Assembly: GCA_036229005.1 (NCBI GenBank)
Contig: JAZAMN010000035.1
Location: 1-50,101 of the forward strand
From: Myxococcota bacterium
GTDB taxonomy: Bacteria; Myxococcota_A; UBA796; CAJQPC01
DNA length: 50,101 nt
Direction: 5' to 3'
The notes below the pieces were generated by a model, which did no database searches, was not told the origin of the DNA, and saw nothing but the letters and a program-made list of their open reading frames with translations. This document shows, one piece after another, positions 17,107 through 25,621 of this stretch. Numbering within the stretch: the first letter of the stretch is position 1; every line of letters starts with the position of its first letter. A program made the translations under genes and the position numbers.

Positions 17107-17200
17107 CGAAAGACTCCTGGGTGTGAGGCGAGAGGGCTATCGCGCTCACTCCCCAGGGTCTACCGACTGAGACAGCAAGGTCCCCAGGCCGATCCCAGGC

Positions 17201-18388
17201 TCAGAAGAGCAGGGAGACCCTGGGTCCGGTGAGCTTGCCCGCGCCGCTCTGCCACCAGAACCAGCTCGCCTCCAGAGTGGCCAGGTCCGCGTGGTAGCGC
17301 AGGCCCGCCTGTCCATGGAGCTCGTGCATCCAGTCGGGCAGATCCGCGCTGCGCCGGGTGGCCTGCTGGTTCCAGCGCGGCGCGATGCTGCCGAAGATCG
17401 CGGCCTGGCTGCCCACCGAGAAGTGCAGGGTGAGCGGCACCTCCAGGCCCCAGCTCCGGTCCAGCGCGTAGGTGGGCGTGGTGTCGTTCACGCCGTACTG
17501 GTCCAGCACCCCGAGCACCCCCAGCTCGCCGCCCCAGGCGCCGCCAAAGCGCTTGTTCAGGCCGGCCTTGACCGACCAGCCGCGGGACTTCTCCTGCAGG
17601 CCGTAGAGGAAGTCCCCCTCGACGCGGACGTTGTTGTAGCGGACCCCCAGGCCCACCCCGAGCTGGTGCAGATCGCTGGGGCGACGCCAGCCCAGCGCCA
17701 GGGTGGTGCTCAGATCGCCGGAGTCGCTGCTGTCGTCGCCGCCGGTCTCGTCCATGAGCGCCTTGCACTCGTCGCTCTCGCAGCTCCGGCGGCCAAAAGC
17801 GACCCACTCGGAGGTCTCGGGGAGCCCGTAGGCGTCGGCGATGGTCACCGCGCTCATCACGGTCTCGTCGACGTTCAGGCCCAGCTCCTTGGCGCCCTCG
17901 GCGGTCACCATCCCGTAGCGGGCGTAGTAGGACGCGAACTCGGTGTCGTCCGCGCTGATCCCCACCAGCATGCAGGCGCCGGCCAGGTGCATCCCGGTCT
18001 CGCTGACCTGGGGGCCCAGCACGATGTAGGTCAACAAGGCCACCGTCGCGTCGCTCTGCACGTCCTCGGTCACGGCGTCGTTGTTCTGCGTCCACTGCAG
18101 GCTGTCCGCGTACTCGTTCCCCCAGTCGGTGAAGCCCGCGTACAGCGCGTCCACGCTGTCCTTCCCGGCGCTGCACATGTCCTTCTGGGACTGCCCCATC
18201 CGGTCCTCCGAGTCGGCGGCGATCACCTCGACCTGCAGGGCCGACAGCTCGTTCATCCAGGTCTCCAGAGCGCCGAGCTCGGCCTGAAGGTCGGCGTCTG
18301 CCTGGGCCAGGTGGGCGGTCCAGGTGGGTTCGTCCCAGGTGGTGTAGTCCTGGGCAAAGGCGGGCATCGAGAGCATCAGCAAGAGCAT
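17201..18388 (-). CDS. Exported protein: helical N-terminal region plus probable C-terminal outer-membrane beta-barrel
   Basis: Signal peptide (MLLLMLSMPAFA); alternating beta-strand pattern; terminal Phe; GAGGAGG RBS. Confidence 0.7.
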   Translation of the reverse strand: MLLLMLSMPAFAQDYTTWDEPTWTAHLAQADADLQAELGALETWMNELSALQVEVIAADSEDRMGQSQKDMCSAGKDSVDALYAGFTDWGNEYADSLQWTQNNDAVTEDVQSDATVALLTYIVLGPQVSETGMHLAGACMLVGISADDTEFASYYARYGMVTAEGAKELGLNVDETVMSAVTIADAYGLPETSEWVAFGRRSCESDECKALMDETGGDDSSDSGDLSTTLALGWRRPSDLHQLGVGLGVRYNNVRVEGDFLYGLQEKSRGWSVKAGLNKRFGGAWGGELGVLGVLDQYGVNDTTPTYALDRSWGLEVPLTLHFSVGSQAAIFGSIAPRWNQQATRRSADLPDWMHELHGQAGLRYHADLATLEASWFWWQSGAGKLTGPRVSLLF

Positions 18389-18554
18389 GGGAACCTCCTC
18401 CGTACTGTTCCGTACATGGTGTCCCCGGTGGGTTCGTGAAGCAAGGGTCAAGCCCCGGGGTCTTGCGCAGTCCTGAAGCCGCCAGAGCCTGTCCTCGTGT
18501 GCGCCCAGAGGCCGTCGATGAGGTCTGCAGGCCACCCGGCCGAAGAGGTGAACC

Positions 18555-18869
18555 ATGACGACGATTTCAGCAGGCAGCCTTCAGCTCAGCGGACTCCAGC
18601 AGGGAGGGACCAGCGGTGTCCAGGGAGCGGGCGGACCTCCCCCGGGCCCCCCTCCCGGTCCCCCGCCCAGCCACGAGGAGGCCATCACCACCATGGGCTC
18701 CGAGCTCTCCGAGGAGGTCCAGCAGACCATGCTCGACACGGTCGACAGCATGCAGCAGGACGGCGCGAGCGACGAGGAGATCAAGGAGTACGTGCTCTCC
18801 GCGCTCGAGGAGAACGGCGTCGACCTGGAGGACCAGCGCCCGGGCATGCTGGTGAACGTCCAAGCCTGA
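18555..18869 (+). CDS. Small acidic hypothetical protein with a GPPPGPPP segment
   Basis: GAGGTG RBS; coding-like codon usage. Confidence 0.75.
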   Translation: MTTISAGSLQLSGLQQGGTSGVQGAGGPPPGPPPGPPPSHEEAITTMGSELSEEVQQTMLDTVDSMQQDGASDEEIKEYVLSALEENGVDLEDQRPGMLVNVQA

Positions 18870-18971
18870 CATCTCTGCCCTGACTCTGTGTGGGGCTGTG
18901 CTGCAAGTGTCTGAAAAGACGTTGTGGCACGGCCCTTGCTTCCTCTGGGCACACCCACCCGGAGGTTCCCC

Positions 18972-19826
18972 ATGCTCGCACTCCTCGCGCTCCTGTCCCC
19001 GCCGCAGGCCGACGCCTGTGACCCCGCCCCCGCCCTGGATGCGCAGGTCTACCCCGCCTGGGGCCAGACCGAGGTGCCCACCAACAGCCGCGTCCGCGTG
19101 CACCTGGGAGCGGACCGCCTGGATCCCGAGCAGAGCCCCTCGCTCTTGGTCCAGGACGCCTTCGGGGTGCCCCTGGCAGGAGAGGTCCAGGTCGCGTTCG
19201 GCACCTTGGATCACCAAGCCCAGGCCTACCTGTCCTTCATCCCGGATCAGGTCCTGCCCGCCGGCGAGGAGATCGAGGTCATCGTGCTCGGCGAGCGCCT
19301 GGACGACCAGGTGACCGAGCCCACCCGCAGCGTGTTCATGACGGCCGAGGGCCCGGGGGCCATCCCCTCTGGTGAGGCCGCGGCGCCCGTGTCGGAGGTC
19401 GGCCTGGCGGGCTTCTACCAAGTCGAGGAGGATCTCTGCTGGGGGGCGCACAACATCGCTGAGCTCACCCCCTGGGCCATGCACCCGGCCGGCAGCGCTC
19501 TGCACTTCTACGCCGCCAGCGAGGACAGGCTGCCTGACACGGAGCTGATGGGCAGCTTCCTGGCCGATCCGGACGACCCCTACGCGCTGGTCTCCGTGGC
19601 GCTTCCGGCGGATCAGCGCTGCCTGGCCGTGGTCGCGGAGGCACGGGACGGCACCCTGGGAGAGCCCCAGGTGCTCTGTCAGGGCGACGAGCAGGTGTTC
19701 GACGATTGGGTGTGTGGGACCGGGATGTTCTGGGGCTGCGCGTCGACCCCGGGCTCTGGGGCTCCGCTCGGTCTGGTCGCGGTGCTCGCTGGCCTGGTGG
19801 GCCTTTCCCGTCGCCGCAGGGACTGA
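18972..19826 (+). CDS. Surface protein with a MYXO-CTERM-like sorting signal
   Basis: Signal peptide; C-terminus WGCASTPGSGAPLGLVAVLAGLVGLSRRRRD (GC, TM segment, Arg cluster). Confidence 0.8.
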   Translation: MLALLALLSPPQADACDPAPALDAQVYPAWGQTEVPTNSRVRVHLGADRLDPEQSPSLLVQDAFGVPLAGEVQVAFGTLDHQAQAYLSFIPDQVLPAGEEIEVIVLGERLDDQVTEPTRSVFMTAEGPGAIPSGEAAAPVSEVGLAGFYQVEEDLCWGAHNIAELTPWAMHPAGSALHFYAASEDRLPDTELMGSFLADPDDPYALVSVALPADQRCLAVVAEARDGTLGEPQVLCQGDEQVFDDWVCGTGMFWGCASTPGSGAPLGLVAVLAGLVGLSRRRRD

Positions 19827-19884
19827 CACTGGCGGGGGGGCGCCAAGCCGTTAGGCCTCCAGCAGCAATGACAAGGAGGCTTCC

Positions 19885-20397
19885 ATGGCCAACCCCACCG
19901 CTGTCTTCAACACCTCCGAAGGCACCTTCAAGGCTGAGATCTACGTCGACGAGATGCCCATCACCGCGGGCAACTTCGTGAAGCTGGCCGAGGAGGGCTT
20001 CTACAACGGGCTGCACTTCCACCGGGTGATCCCCGGGTTCATGTGCCAGTTCGGCTGCCCCCACTCCAAGGACCCCAACGCGCGCAACGCGGGCACCGGC
20101 GGCCCTGGCTACAACATCCAGGACGAGTTCAACGAGGGCGCCAAGTTCTCCAACGAGCCCGGCACCCTGAGCATGGCGAACACCGGCCGCCCCAACAGCG
20201 GCGGGTCGCAGTTCTTCATCAACACCACCCACAACAGCTTCCTGGACTGGTTCGACCACAGCACCCCCAGCAAGCACCCCGTGTTCGGCAAGGTGAGCGA
20301 GGGCTACGACGTCGTGAAGAAGCTCGAGGGCTTCGGCAGCCGCTCCGGCTCCACCTCGAAGGACCTCAAGATGGTGAGCGTCACCATCGAGCGCTGA
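19885..20397 (+). CDS. Cyclophilin-type peptidyl-prolyl isomerase
   Basis: [26 protein letters not shown]...[17 protein letters not shown]. Confidence 0.97.
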   Translation: MANPTAVFNTSEGTFKAEIYVDEMPITAGNFVKLAEEGFYNGLHFHRVIPGFMCQFGCPHSKDPNARNAGTGGPGYNIQDEFNEGAKFSNEPGTLSMANTGRPNSGGSQFFINTTHNSFLDWFDHSTPSKHPVFGKVSEGYDVVKKLEGFGSRSGSTSKDLKMVSVTIER

Positions 20398-20412
20398 GCT
20401 TTCGATAGCGAT

Positions 20413-20467
20413 TTTGGGGGGGACCCGATCCCCCCGCACTTCGGGCTCCCCAGGTGGGAGCCCGGCT
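20413..20467 (+). repeat. Shortened variant of the multi-hairpin repeat between convergent genes (may act as a terminator)
   Basis: GGGGGGA-CCCGA-TCCCCCC followed by CGGGCTCCC-CAGGT-GGGAGCCCGGCT, the same as hairpin 2 of the repeat family. Confidence 0.6.
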
Positions 20468-20490
20468 TGCTCTGGGGGCCCCCCGCCAGC

Positions 20491-21264
20491 TCACCCTCTC
20501 CAGCGATTCGTCACGAACACCGGCGCGAAGCCCCGCCTCACGGCGTTCCGCTCGGTGGGGCCGCCGGGCTCGGAGGCGATGAGGCAGTAGCTGGCGCCCA
20601 GCGCGTAGGCCTCGGCCACGCGGAAGTCGATGAACGCGGACTGGATGCCGCGGCAGCGGAACTCGGGGAGGGTCCCGGCGGCGATGAGCACGGCGCCGCC
20701 CTCGAAGAGCTCCAGGCCGCCGGCGGCGCAGGGCTCGCCGGCCCAGCGCAGGATCCACCAGCGGCAGCGGGGGTTCTGGACCACGCGGCGGGTTGTGGCG
20801 TCCAGGCCGGGGCTGGGCTTTCCGTCTGCAAAGAATGCGCGTTGAAGCTGGCAGAACAAGGAAAGGGTGTCCTCGTCTGCGGGGTCCAGTGCAGAGATGT
20901 CCAGGGGGAAGGGGAGCGAAATCGGTCCGGGCGCAGTGGCGCGCACCAGGTTCGAGTCCTGCTCCTCCAGGGAGAACCCGGCGCGGTGCAGAGCGGGGGC
21001 CAGCGTGGGGTGGGCGTAGTGGAGGGTGCGCAGGCTGGGGCGGCGGCCGCGGGAGGCGTAGAAGTCGCGGAGCTGCTGCAGGTCGTGGTCGGTGACGGGC
21101 AGGTGGTTGCCCAGGCCAGCGCCGAAGTTGACCCAGGAGTCGGGGGCGTCCACGCCCATCCAGCCCTCGCCGCAGGGGGCGGACTCCAGGGCGGTCTCGC
21201 GGGCGATGGTGGCCAGGCGGCGGGTCTCGCGCTCGGCCAGGACGGAGGGGGGCGGCAGGGACAT
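20491..21264 (-). CDS. GNAT family N-acetyltransferase
   Basis: AGTLPEFRCRGIQSA (acetyl-CoA motif A); PTERNAVRRGF. Confidence 0.85.
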   Translation of the reverse strand: MSLPPPSVLAERETRRLATIARETALESAPCGEGWMGVDAPDSWVNFGAGLGNHLPVTDHDLQQLRDFYASRGRRPSLRTLHYAHPTLAPALHRAGFSLEEQDSNLVRATAPGPISLPFPLDISALDPADEDTLSLFCQLQRAFFADGKPSPGLDATTRRVVQNPRCRWWILRWAGEPCAAGGLELFEGGAVLIAAGTLPEFRCRGIQSAFIDFRVAEAYALGASYCLIASEPGGPTERNAVRRGFAPVFVTNRWRG

Positions 21265-22838
21265 CAGAAGTGCTGGGCGGTGGCGCGCTTGAGGATGGTC
21301 TCGTAGCCGGGGGGGTAGGGCTCGGAGAGCAGGCAGCCGGGCTCGATGTAGCGGTAGATGTCGGCGTAGGTGACGACCTGGGTGGGGGAGATGCGCCGGT
21401 GGACGTGGTGGGGGCGCAGGTCGTCGGGGTGCCGGATGCCGGCGGCGCCCAGCAGCTCCATGAGGCTGTGGACGGTGGCGTGGTGGTAGTTGGCGACGCG
21501 GGGGATCTTGTCCTTGACCACCAGGCCCTCGACCAGATGCTCCTTCTGGGTGGCCACGCCGGCGGGGCAGTCGTTGTTGTTGCAGCGCAGGGCCTGGATG
21601 CAGCCCAGCGAGAACATCATGGCGCGGGCCGAGCTGCAGAGGTCGGCGCCGGCCGCGAGCCGCACGAGCATGTCAAAGCCGGTGACCACCTTGCCGGAGG
21701 CGATGATCTTGAGCTGGTCCCGCAGCTCGAAGCCCACCAGCATGTTGTGGGCCCAGGCCAGGCCGTCCAGCAGGGGCATGCCCATGTGGTTGGCGAACTC
21801 CAGGGGGGCCGCGCCGGTGCCGCCCTCGCCGCCGTCGATGGTGATGAAGTCCGGGCGGATGCCGGTCTCGACCATGGCCTTGCAGATGCCGGCGAACTCC
21901 CAGGGCTGGCCGATGCAGAGCTTGAAGCCGACGGGCTTGCCGCCGGACTCGGTCCGCAGGGTCTGGATGAACTCCAGCAGGCCGATGGGCGTGTGGAAGG
22001 CCTTGTGGCCGGGGGGCGAGAGCACGTCCTGGCCCATGGGCACGCCGCGGATCTCGGAGATCTCCTGGGTGACCTTCTTGGCGGGCAGGATGCCGCCGTG
22101 GCCGGGCTTGGCGCCCTGGGAGAGCTTGAGCTCGATGACCTTGACGGTGGGGCGGGTGGCGTTCTCCCGGTAGCGCCCGGCGTCGAAGCCGCCGTCCTTG
22201 GCGCGGCAGCCAAAGTAGCCGGTGCCGATCTGCCAGATCAGGTCGCCGCCGGGCTCCAGGTGGTAGGGGCTGATGCCGCCCTCGCCGGTGTTGTGGGCGA
22301 ACCCGCCCTTGGCCGCGCCGCCGTTGAGGGCCAGGATGGCGTGCTTGGAGAGCGAGCCGTAGCTCATGGCCGAGATGTTCAGCAGGCTGGCCGCGTAGGG
22401 CTGGCTGCACTGGTCGCCGCCCAGGGTGATGCGGGGCGGGTGCTCGGGGGCGTGGACGGCGCGCAGGCTGTGGGCGATCCACTCGTAGCGCTCGCCGTAG
22501 ATGTCGTGCTGGGTGCCGAAGGGCTGGGTGTCGAGCTCGGCCTTGGCGCGCTGGTACACGACCGCGCGCTGCTCCCGGGAGAAGGGGCGGCCGTCGGTGT
22601 TGGGCTCGATGAAGTACTGCTGGATCTCGGGGCGGATGCCCTCCAGCATGTAGCGAAAGTGCCCGATGATCGGGAAGTTCCGCAGGATCGCGTGCTTGTC
22701 CTGGTACATGTCCCACAGGCCCAGGATCGTCAGCGGCGCGAGCAGCAGCTCTGCATAGAACGCCGGGTGCCAGTACGCGCCGATCAGCGCGACGGTGGCG
22801 TGGGATGCGAGGACCAGGAGCAGGAAGACGTTGCGCAT
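21264..22838 (-). CDS. Stand-alone FMN-binding glutamate synthase family protein with N-terminal TM helices
   Basis: ISAMSYGSLS, NTGEGG, ELKLSQGAKPGHGGILP, DGGEGGTGAAP, GCIQALRCNNNDCPAGVATQ. Confidence 0.93.
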   Translation of the reverse strand: MRNVFLLLVLASHATVALIGAYWHPAFYAELLLAPLTILGLWDMYQDKHAILRNFPIIGHFRYMLEGIRPEIQQYFIEPNTDGRPFSREQRAVVYQRAKAELDTQPFGTQHDIYGERYEWIAHSLRAVHAPEHPPRITLGGDQCSQPYAASLLNISAMSYGSLSKHAILALNGGAAKGGFAHNTGEGGISPYHLEPGGDLIWQIGTGYFGCRAKDGGFDAGRYRENATRPTVKVIELKLSQGAKPGHGGILPAKKVTQEISEIRGVPMGQDVLSPPGHKAFHTPIGLLEFIQTLRTESGGKPVGFKLCIGQPWEFAGICKAMVETGIRPDFITIDGGEGGTGAAPLEFANHMGMPLLDGLAWAHNMLVGFELRDQLKIIASGKVVTGFDMLVRLAAGADLCSSARAMMFSLGCIQALRCNNNDCPAGVATQKEHLVEGLVVKDKIPRVANYHHATVHSLMELLGAAGIRHPDDLRPHHVHRRISPTQVVTYADIYRYIEPGCLLSEPYPPGYETILKRATAQHF

Positions 22839-22895
22839 ACCCGGACTCTACTGCGGGGACGCGGAGAGCGGGGGAGGCCCTGGACTTCGAGCCGC

Positions 22896-23507
22896 TCAGG
22901 CGGGGATGAAGCCCCGCTCGATCAGGTGGTCCACCACGAGCTGCGCGCAGCCGTCGATGTCGTGCTTGACGGTCTCGATGTGGACCTCGGGCGCCAGGGG
23001 GGCCTCGTAGGGGGCGTCGATGCCCGTGAAGCCCTTGATCTCACCGGCCATGGCCTTCTTGTAGAGGCCCTTGGGGTCGCGGGAGGCGCAGACCTCCAGC
23101 GGGGTGTCCACGAACACCTCGACGAAGCGGCCCTCCGGCAGGATGTTCCGGCAGTGGTTGCGGCCGGCGCGGTAGGGCGAGATGAACGCGGTGCACACGA
23201 TGACGGTGCTGTCCGCGAAGAGCTTGGCCACCTCGGAGATGCGGCGGATGTTCTCCTGGCGGTCCTCGGGCGCGAAGCCCAAATCGGAGTTCAGGCCGAA
23301 GCGCACGTTGTCGCCGTCCAGCCCGTAGGTGAACACGCCGCGCTCCAAAAGGAGCTGCTCCACGCGCCGGGAGATGGTGCTCTTGCCGCTCCCGGAGAGC
23401 CCGGTGAACCACAGCACGGCGCCCTTCTGGCCGGTCAGGGACTCGCGCTGCTCGGCGCTGACGTTGGCGTCGTGCCAGGTGATGTTGGTCGCGGTGGGCT
23501 CGGCCAT
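22896..23507 (-). CDS. cysC: Adenylyl-sulfate kinase
   Basis: [41 protein letters not shown]. Confidence 0.96.
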   Translation of the reverse strand: MAEPTATNITWHDANVSAEQRESLTGQKGAVLWFTGLSGSGKSTISRRVEQLLLERGVFTYGLDGDNVRFGLNSDLGFAPEDRQENIRRISEVAKLFADSTVIVCTAFISPYRAGRNHCRNILPEGRFVEVFVDTPLEVCASRDPKGLYKKAMAGEIKGFTGIDAPYEAPLAPEVHIETVKHDIDGCAQLVVDHLIERGFIPA

Positions 23508-23552
23508 CTTGGGGGTCCTCGTCAAAGACGCCCCAGGCATATCTCGTTCCGC

Positions 23553-25079
23553 TCAGGCCAGCGCTTGAGCGACCCCATCGGCGACGTGCAGGGCCATCGC
23601 CATCACGGTGACCTGGGGGTTCACGCCCAAAGCCTCGGGGAAGGTGCTCGCGTCGCTGACGTAGAGGTTGTCCCAGCCCCAGACGCGGCCCTCGGGGGTC
23701 GTCACGCTGGTGTCCTCGCTGGTGCCGATCCGGCAGGTCCCCTGGGGGTGCGAGCTGGTCGCGAGGATCCGATGGTAGGGCAGGGCATCGTGGAGGGCCC
23801 CCCGCACCTCGTCCATCGTCCTGACGAGCCCCGCGCCGGCCACCGGGAGGGCCAGGTACTCGGCCCCCGCGGCGAAGAAGACCTCGGCCACGGTCTGCAG
23901 GCCGCGCAGCAGGGTGAGGCGGTCCTGATCGCCGAACTGCACGGACACGCCGCCGGGGGAGACGGACGCGACGGTGTCGATGTCGTGGACCAGCACGCCG
24001 GCCAGCGCCAGGTACTTCATGTCGGCCATCACGGCGTTGAGCTCGGGGCCGGGCTCCAGGGGCATCGCGATGTAGTTGGCGTCCGGGGTGAGGGTCGCCG
24101 TCTCCATCAAGAAGCCCTGGTCGTAGCGGTCCACCCAGTAGCCCTGGGAGACGCCCTTCCAGTGCTTGATGACCTCGGGCATGCGCGCGAAGATCCCCGT
24201 CGCCGGGTGCAGCCGCAGGTTCTGCCCCAGGGCCGGGCTCTCGCTCAGGCCGCTCTGCATCAGGAAGCGCGGGGAGCCGATGGACCCGCCCGCGACCAGC
24301 ACGGCCCGCGACTTGACCGACCAGCTCCCGATGGGCTCCTGGGAGTGGGGGTCGAGGATCTCGCCGTGCAGACCATCGACCCGCACCTCTCCAGCCGCCA
24401 GGGCCCCCGTCGCCCGGCAGTCAGACCAGACCCCGACGAGGTCAGACTGGAGCGCTTCGGCCAGAAAGGATCGGTCCGCGGTCCACTTTCCGCCGCTGGG
24501 GCAGCCGAGCTGGCAGATGCCGCAGCCCACGCAGCCCGGGGCGGAGCGGGGCATGTAGCTGCCGCCCTCCCAGCCCAGCTTGGCGATGCCCTCGGCAAAG
24601 ATGGTGTTGTTGCGGCCCTGGACCTGGAGCGGGTTCTCGCCCACGGCCAGGGTGCGCATGATCCGCTGGGTGTTGGCTTCAAAACTGCGCTTTGGGTCGA
24701 ATCCAAGCTCGTCGCGCCAGCGCGCGAGCATCTCCGGCCGGATGGGGAAGGAGATGGCGGAGTTGATCAGCGTCGAGCCGCCCACGCCGCGGCCGCCGTT
24801 GATGGGCATCCAGCCGTTGCCGATGGCGACGCGGTTGCCGCGCTCGGCGTAGAGGTGCCGGAAGGCCCAGGAGTTCGAGGGCTTGAAGTCCCGGTTGTTC
24901 CAGTGGCGCCCGGACTCGAAGAGCAGCACCCGCAGCCCCGCCTCCGCCAGACGCGCCGCCGCCGCGCAGCCCCCCGCGCCGGCCCCCAGGATGGCCACGT
25001 CGCACTCCAGCTCCAGGGTGCCGCTGTTCTGGGACAGCCACTGGGACGCGCTGTGCTTGCCGGGCTGGAAGGCGCTCAT
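23553..25079 (-). CDS. GMC family FAD-dependent oxidoreductase
   Basis: ILGAGAGG, GRGVGGSTLIN, CVGCGICQLGC, SHPQGTCRIG, DASTFPEALGVNPQVTVMA. Confidence 0.92.
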   Translation of the reverse strand: MSAFQPGKHSASQWLSQNSGTLELECDVAILGAGAGGCAAAARLAEAGLRVLLFESGRHWNNRDFKPSNSWAFRHLYAERGNRVAIGNGWMPINGGRGVGGSTLINSAISFPIRPEMLARWRDELGFDPKRSFEANTQRIMRTLAVGENPLQVQGRNNTIFAEGIAKLGWEGGSYMPRSAPGCVGCGICQLGCPSGGKWTADRSFLAEALQSDLVGVWSDCRATGALAAGEVRVDGLHGEILDPHSQEPIGSWSVKSRAVLVAGGSIGSPRFLMQSGLSESPALGQNLRLHPATGIFARMPEVIKHWKGVSQGYWVDRYDQGFLMETATLTPDANYIAMPLEPGPELNAVMADMKYLALAGVLVHDIDTVASVSPGGVSVQFGDQDRLTLLRGLQTVAEVFFAAGAEYLALPVAGAGLVRTMDEVRGALHDALPYHRILATSSHPQGTCRIGTSEDTSVTTPEGRVWGWDNLYVSDASTFPEALGVNPQVTVMAMALHVADGVAQALA

Positions 25080-25582
25080 GCGTAGCACCCGGGGGTGAAC
25101 TCCAGGCGCTCGAGCACCCGGGCGTTGTCGAAGTAGGCCATCGCCAGCACGGACTTCACGCCGTCGACGGCGGCGCGCCTCAGGATGACCTCGTGGGTGG
25201 ACCAGGCCTGCAACAGGGTGAGAGCCTCCGCGGGGTCCAAGAGGTGCAGCGGGGTGCCCAAGGAGAGCCGAGCCCCCCAATCCAGGGCCCCCAGGGTGTA
25301 GCGCAGAGGCTTGACGCTCCGGGCGTGCAGGCCGTCATCGAGCAGGGCGTCCACGCGGGCCACGCCGTCGATCTCCAGGAAGGAGGGGCCGAGGGGATTG
25401 CCGGTGGGGAACAGCGCCTGGCCCAACGCCGAGACCTGAAGTTGCTCGCGCTCGGACAGCACCTTGTAGCCAGGCGAGGACGGGGGCAGGTGCAGGAAGG
25501 ACGCGAGCCCACCGGCCAGTGAGGCGGCGGCGAGGGCGGCTCCACCCACGAGCAGGCGGCGGCGGGTGATCAACGAGGCCAT
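25076..25582 (-). CDS. Tat-signal small subunit, gluconate-2-dehydrogenase subunit 3-like partner of the GMC enzyme
   Basis: ITRRRLLVGG twin-arginine signal; ATGA overlap with the GMC gene. Confidence 0.7.
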   Translation of the reverse strand: MASLITRRRLLVGGAALAAASLAGGLASFLHLPPSSPGYKVLSEREQLQVSALGQALFPTGNPLGPSFLEIDGVARVDALLDDGLHARSVKPLRYTLGALDWGARLSLGTPLHLLDPAEALTLLQAWSTHEVILRRAAVDGVKSVLAMAYFDNARVLERLEFTPGCYA

Positions 25583-25621
25583 GGAAGGAGTCTATGCGCC
25601 GCAGGGCGACCTGTCCCAGAC

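Noticed and set aside
17107..17200. Canonical SAH riboswitch upstream of ahcY
   Set aside because: I could not find the conserved SAH aptamer elements by eye; only an SD-occluding hairpin is reported.
21270..25085. Very long ORFs antisense to real genes (e.g. 21270-25085, 7343-9589, 32931-35312, 4646-7294)
   Set aside because: These are shadow ORFs expected from high-GC codon bias. They have no recognisable motifs, and the opposite or alternate frames encode clear protein families.
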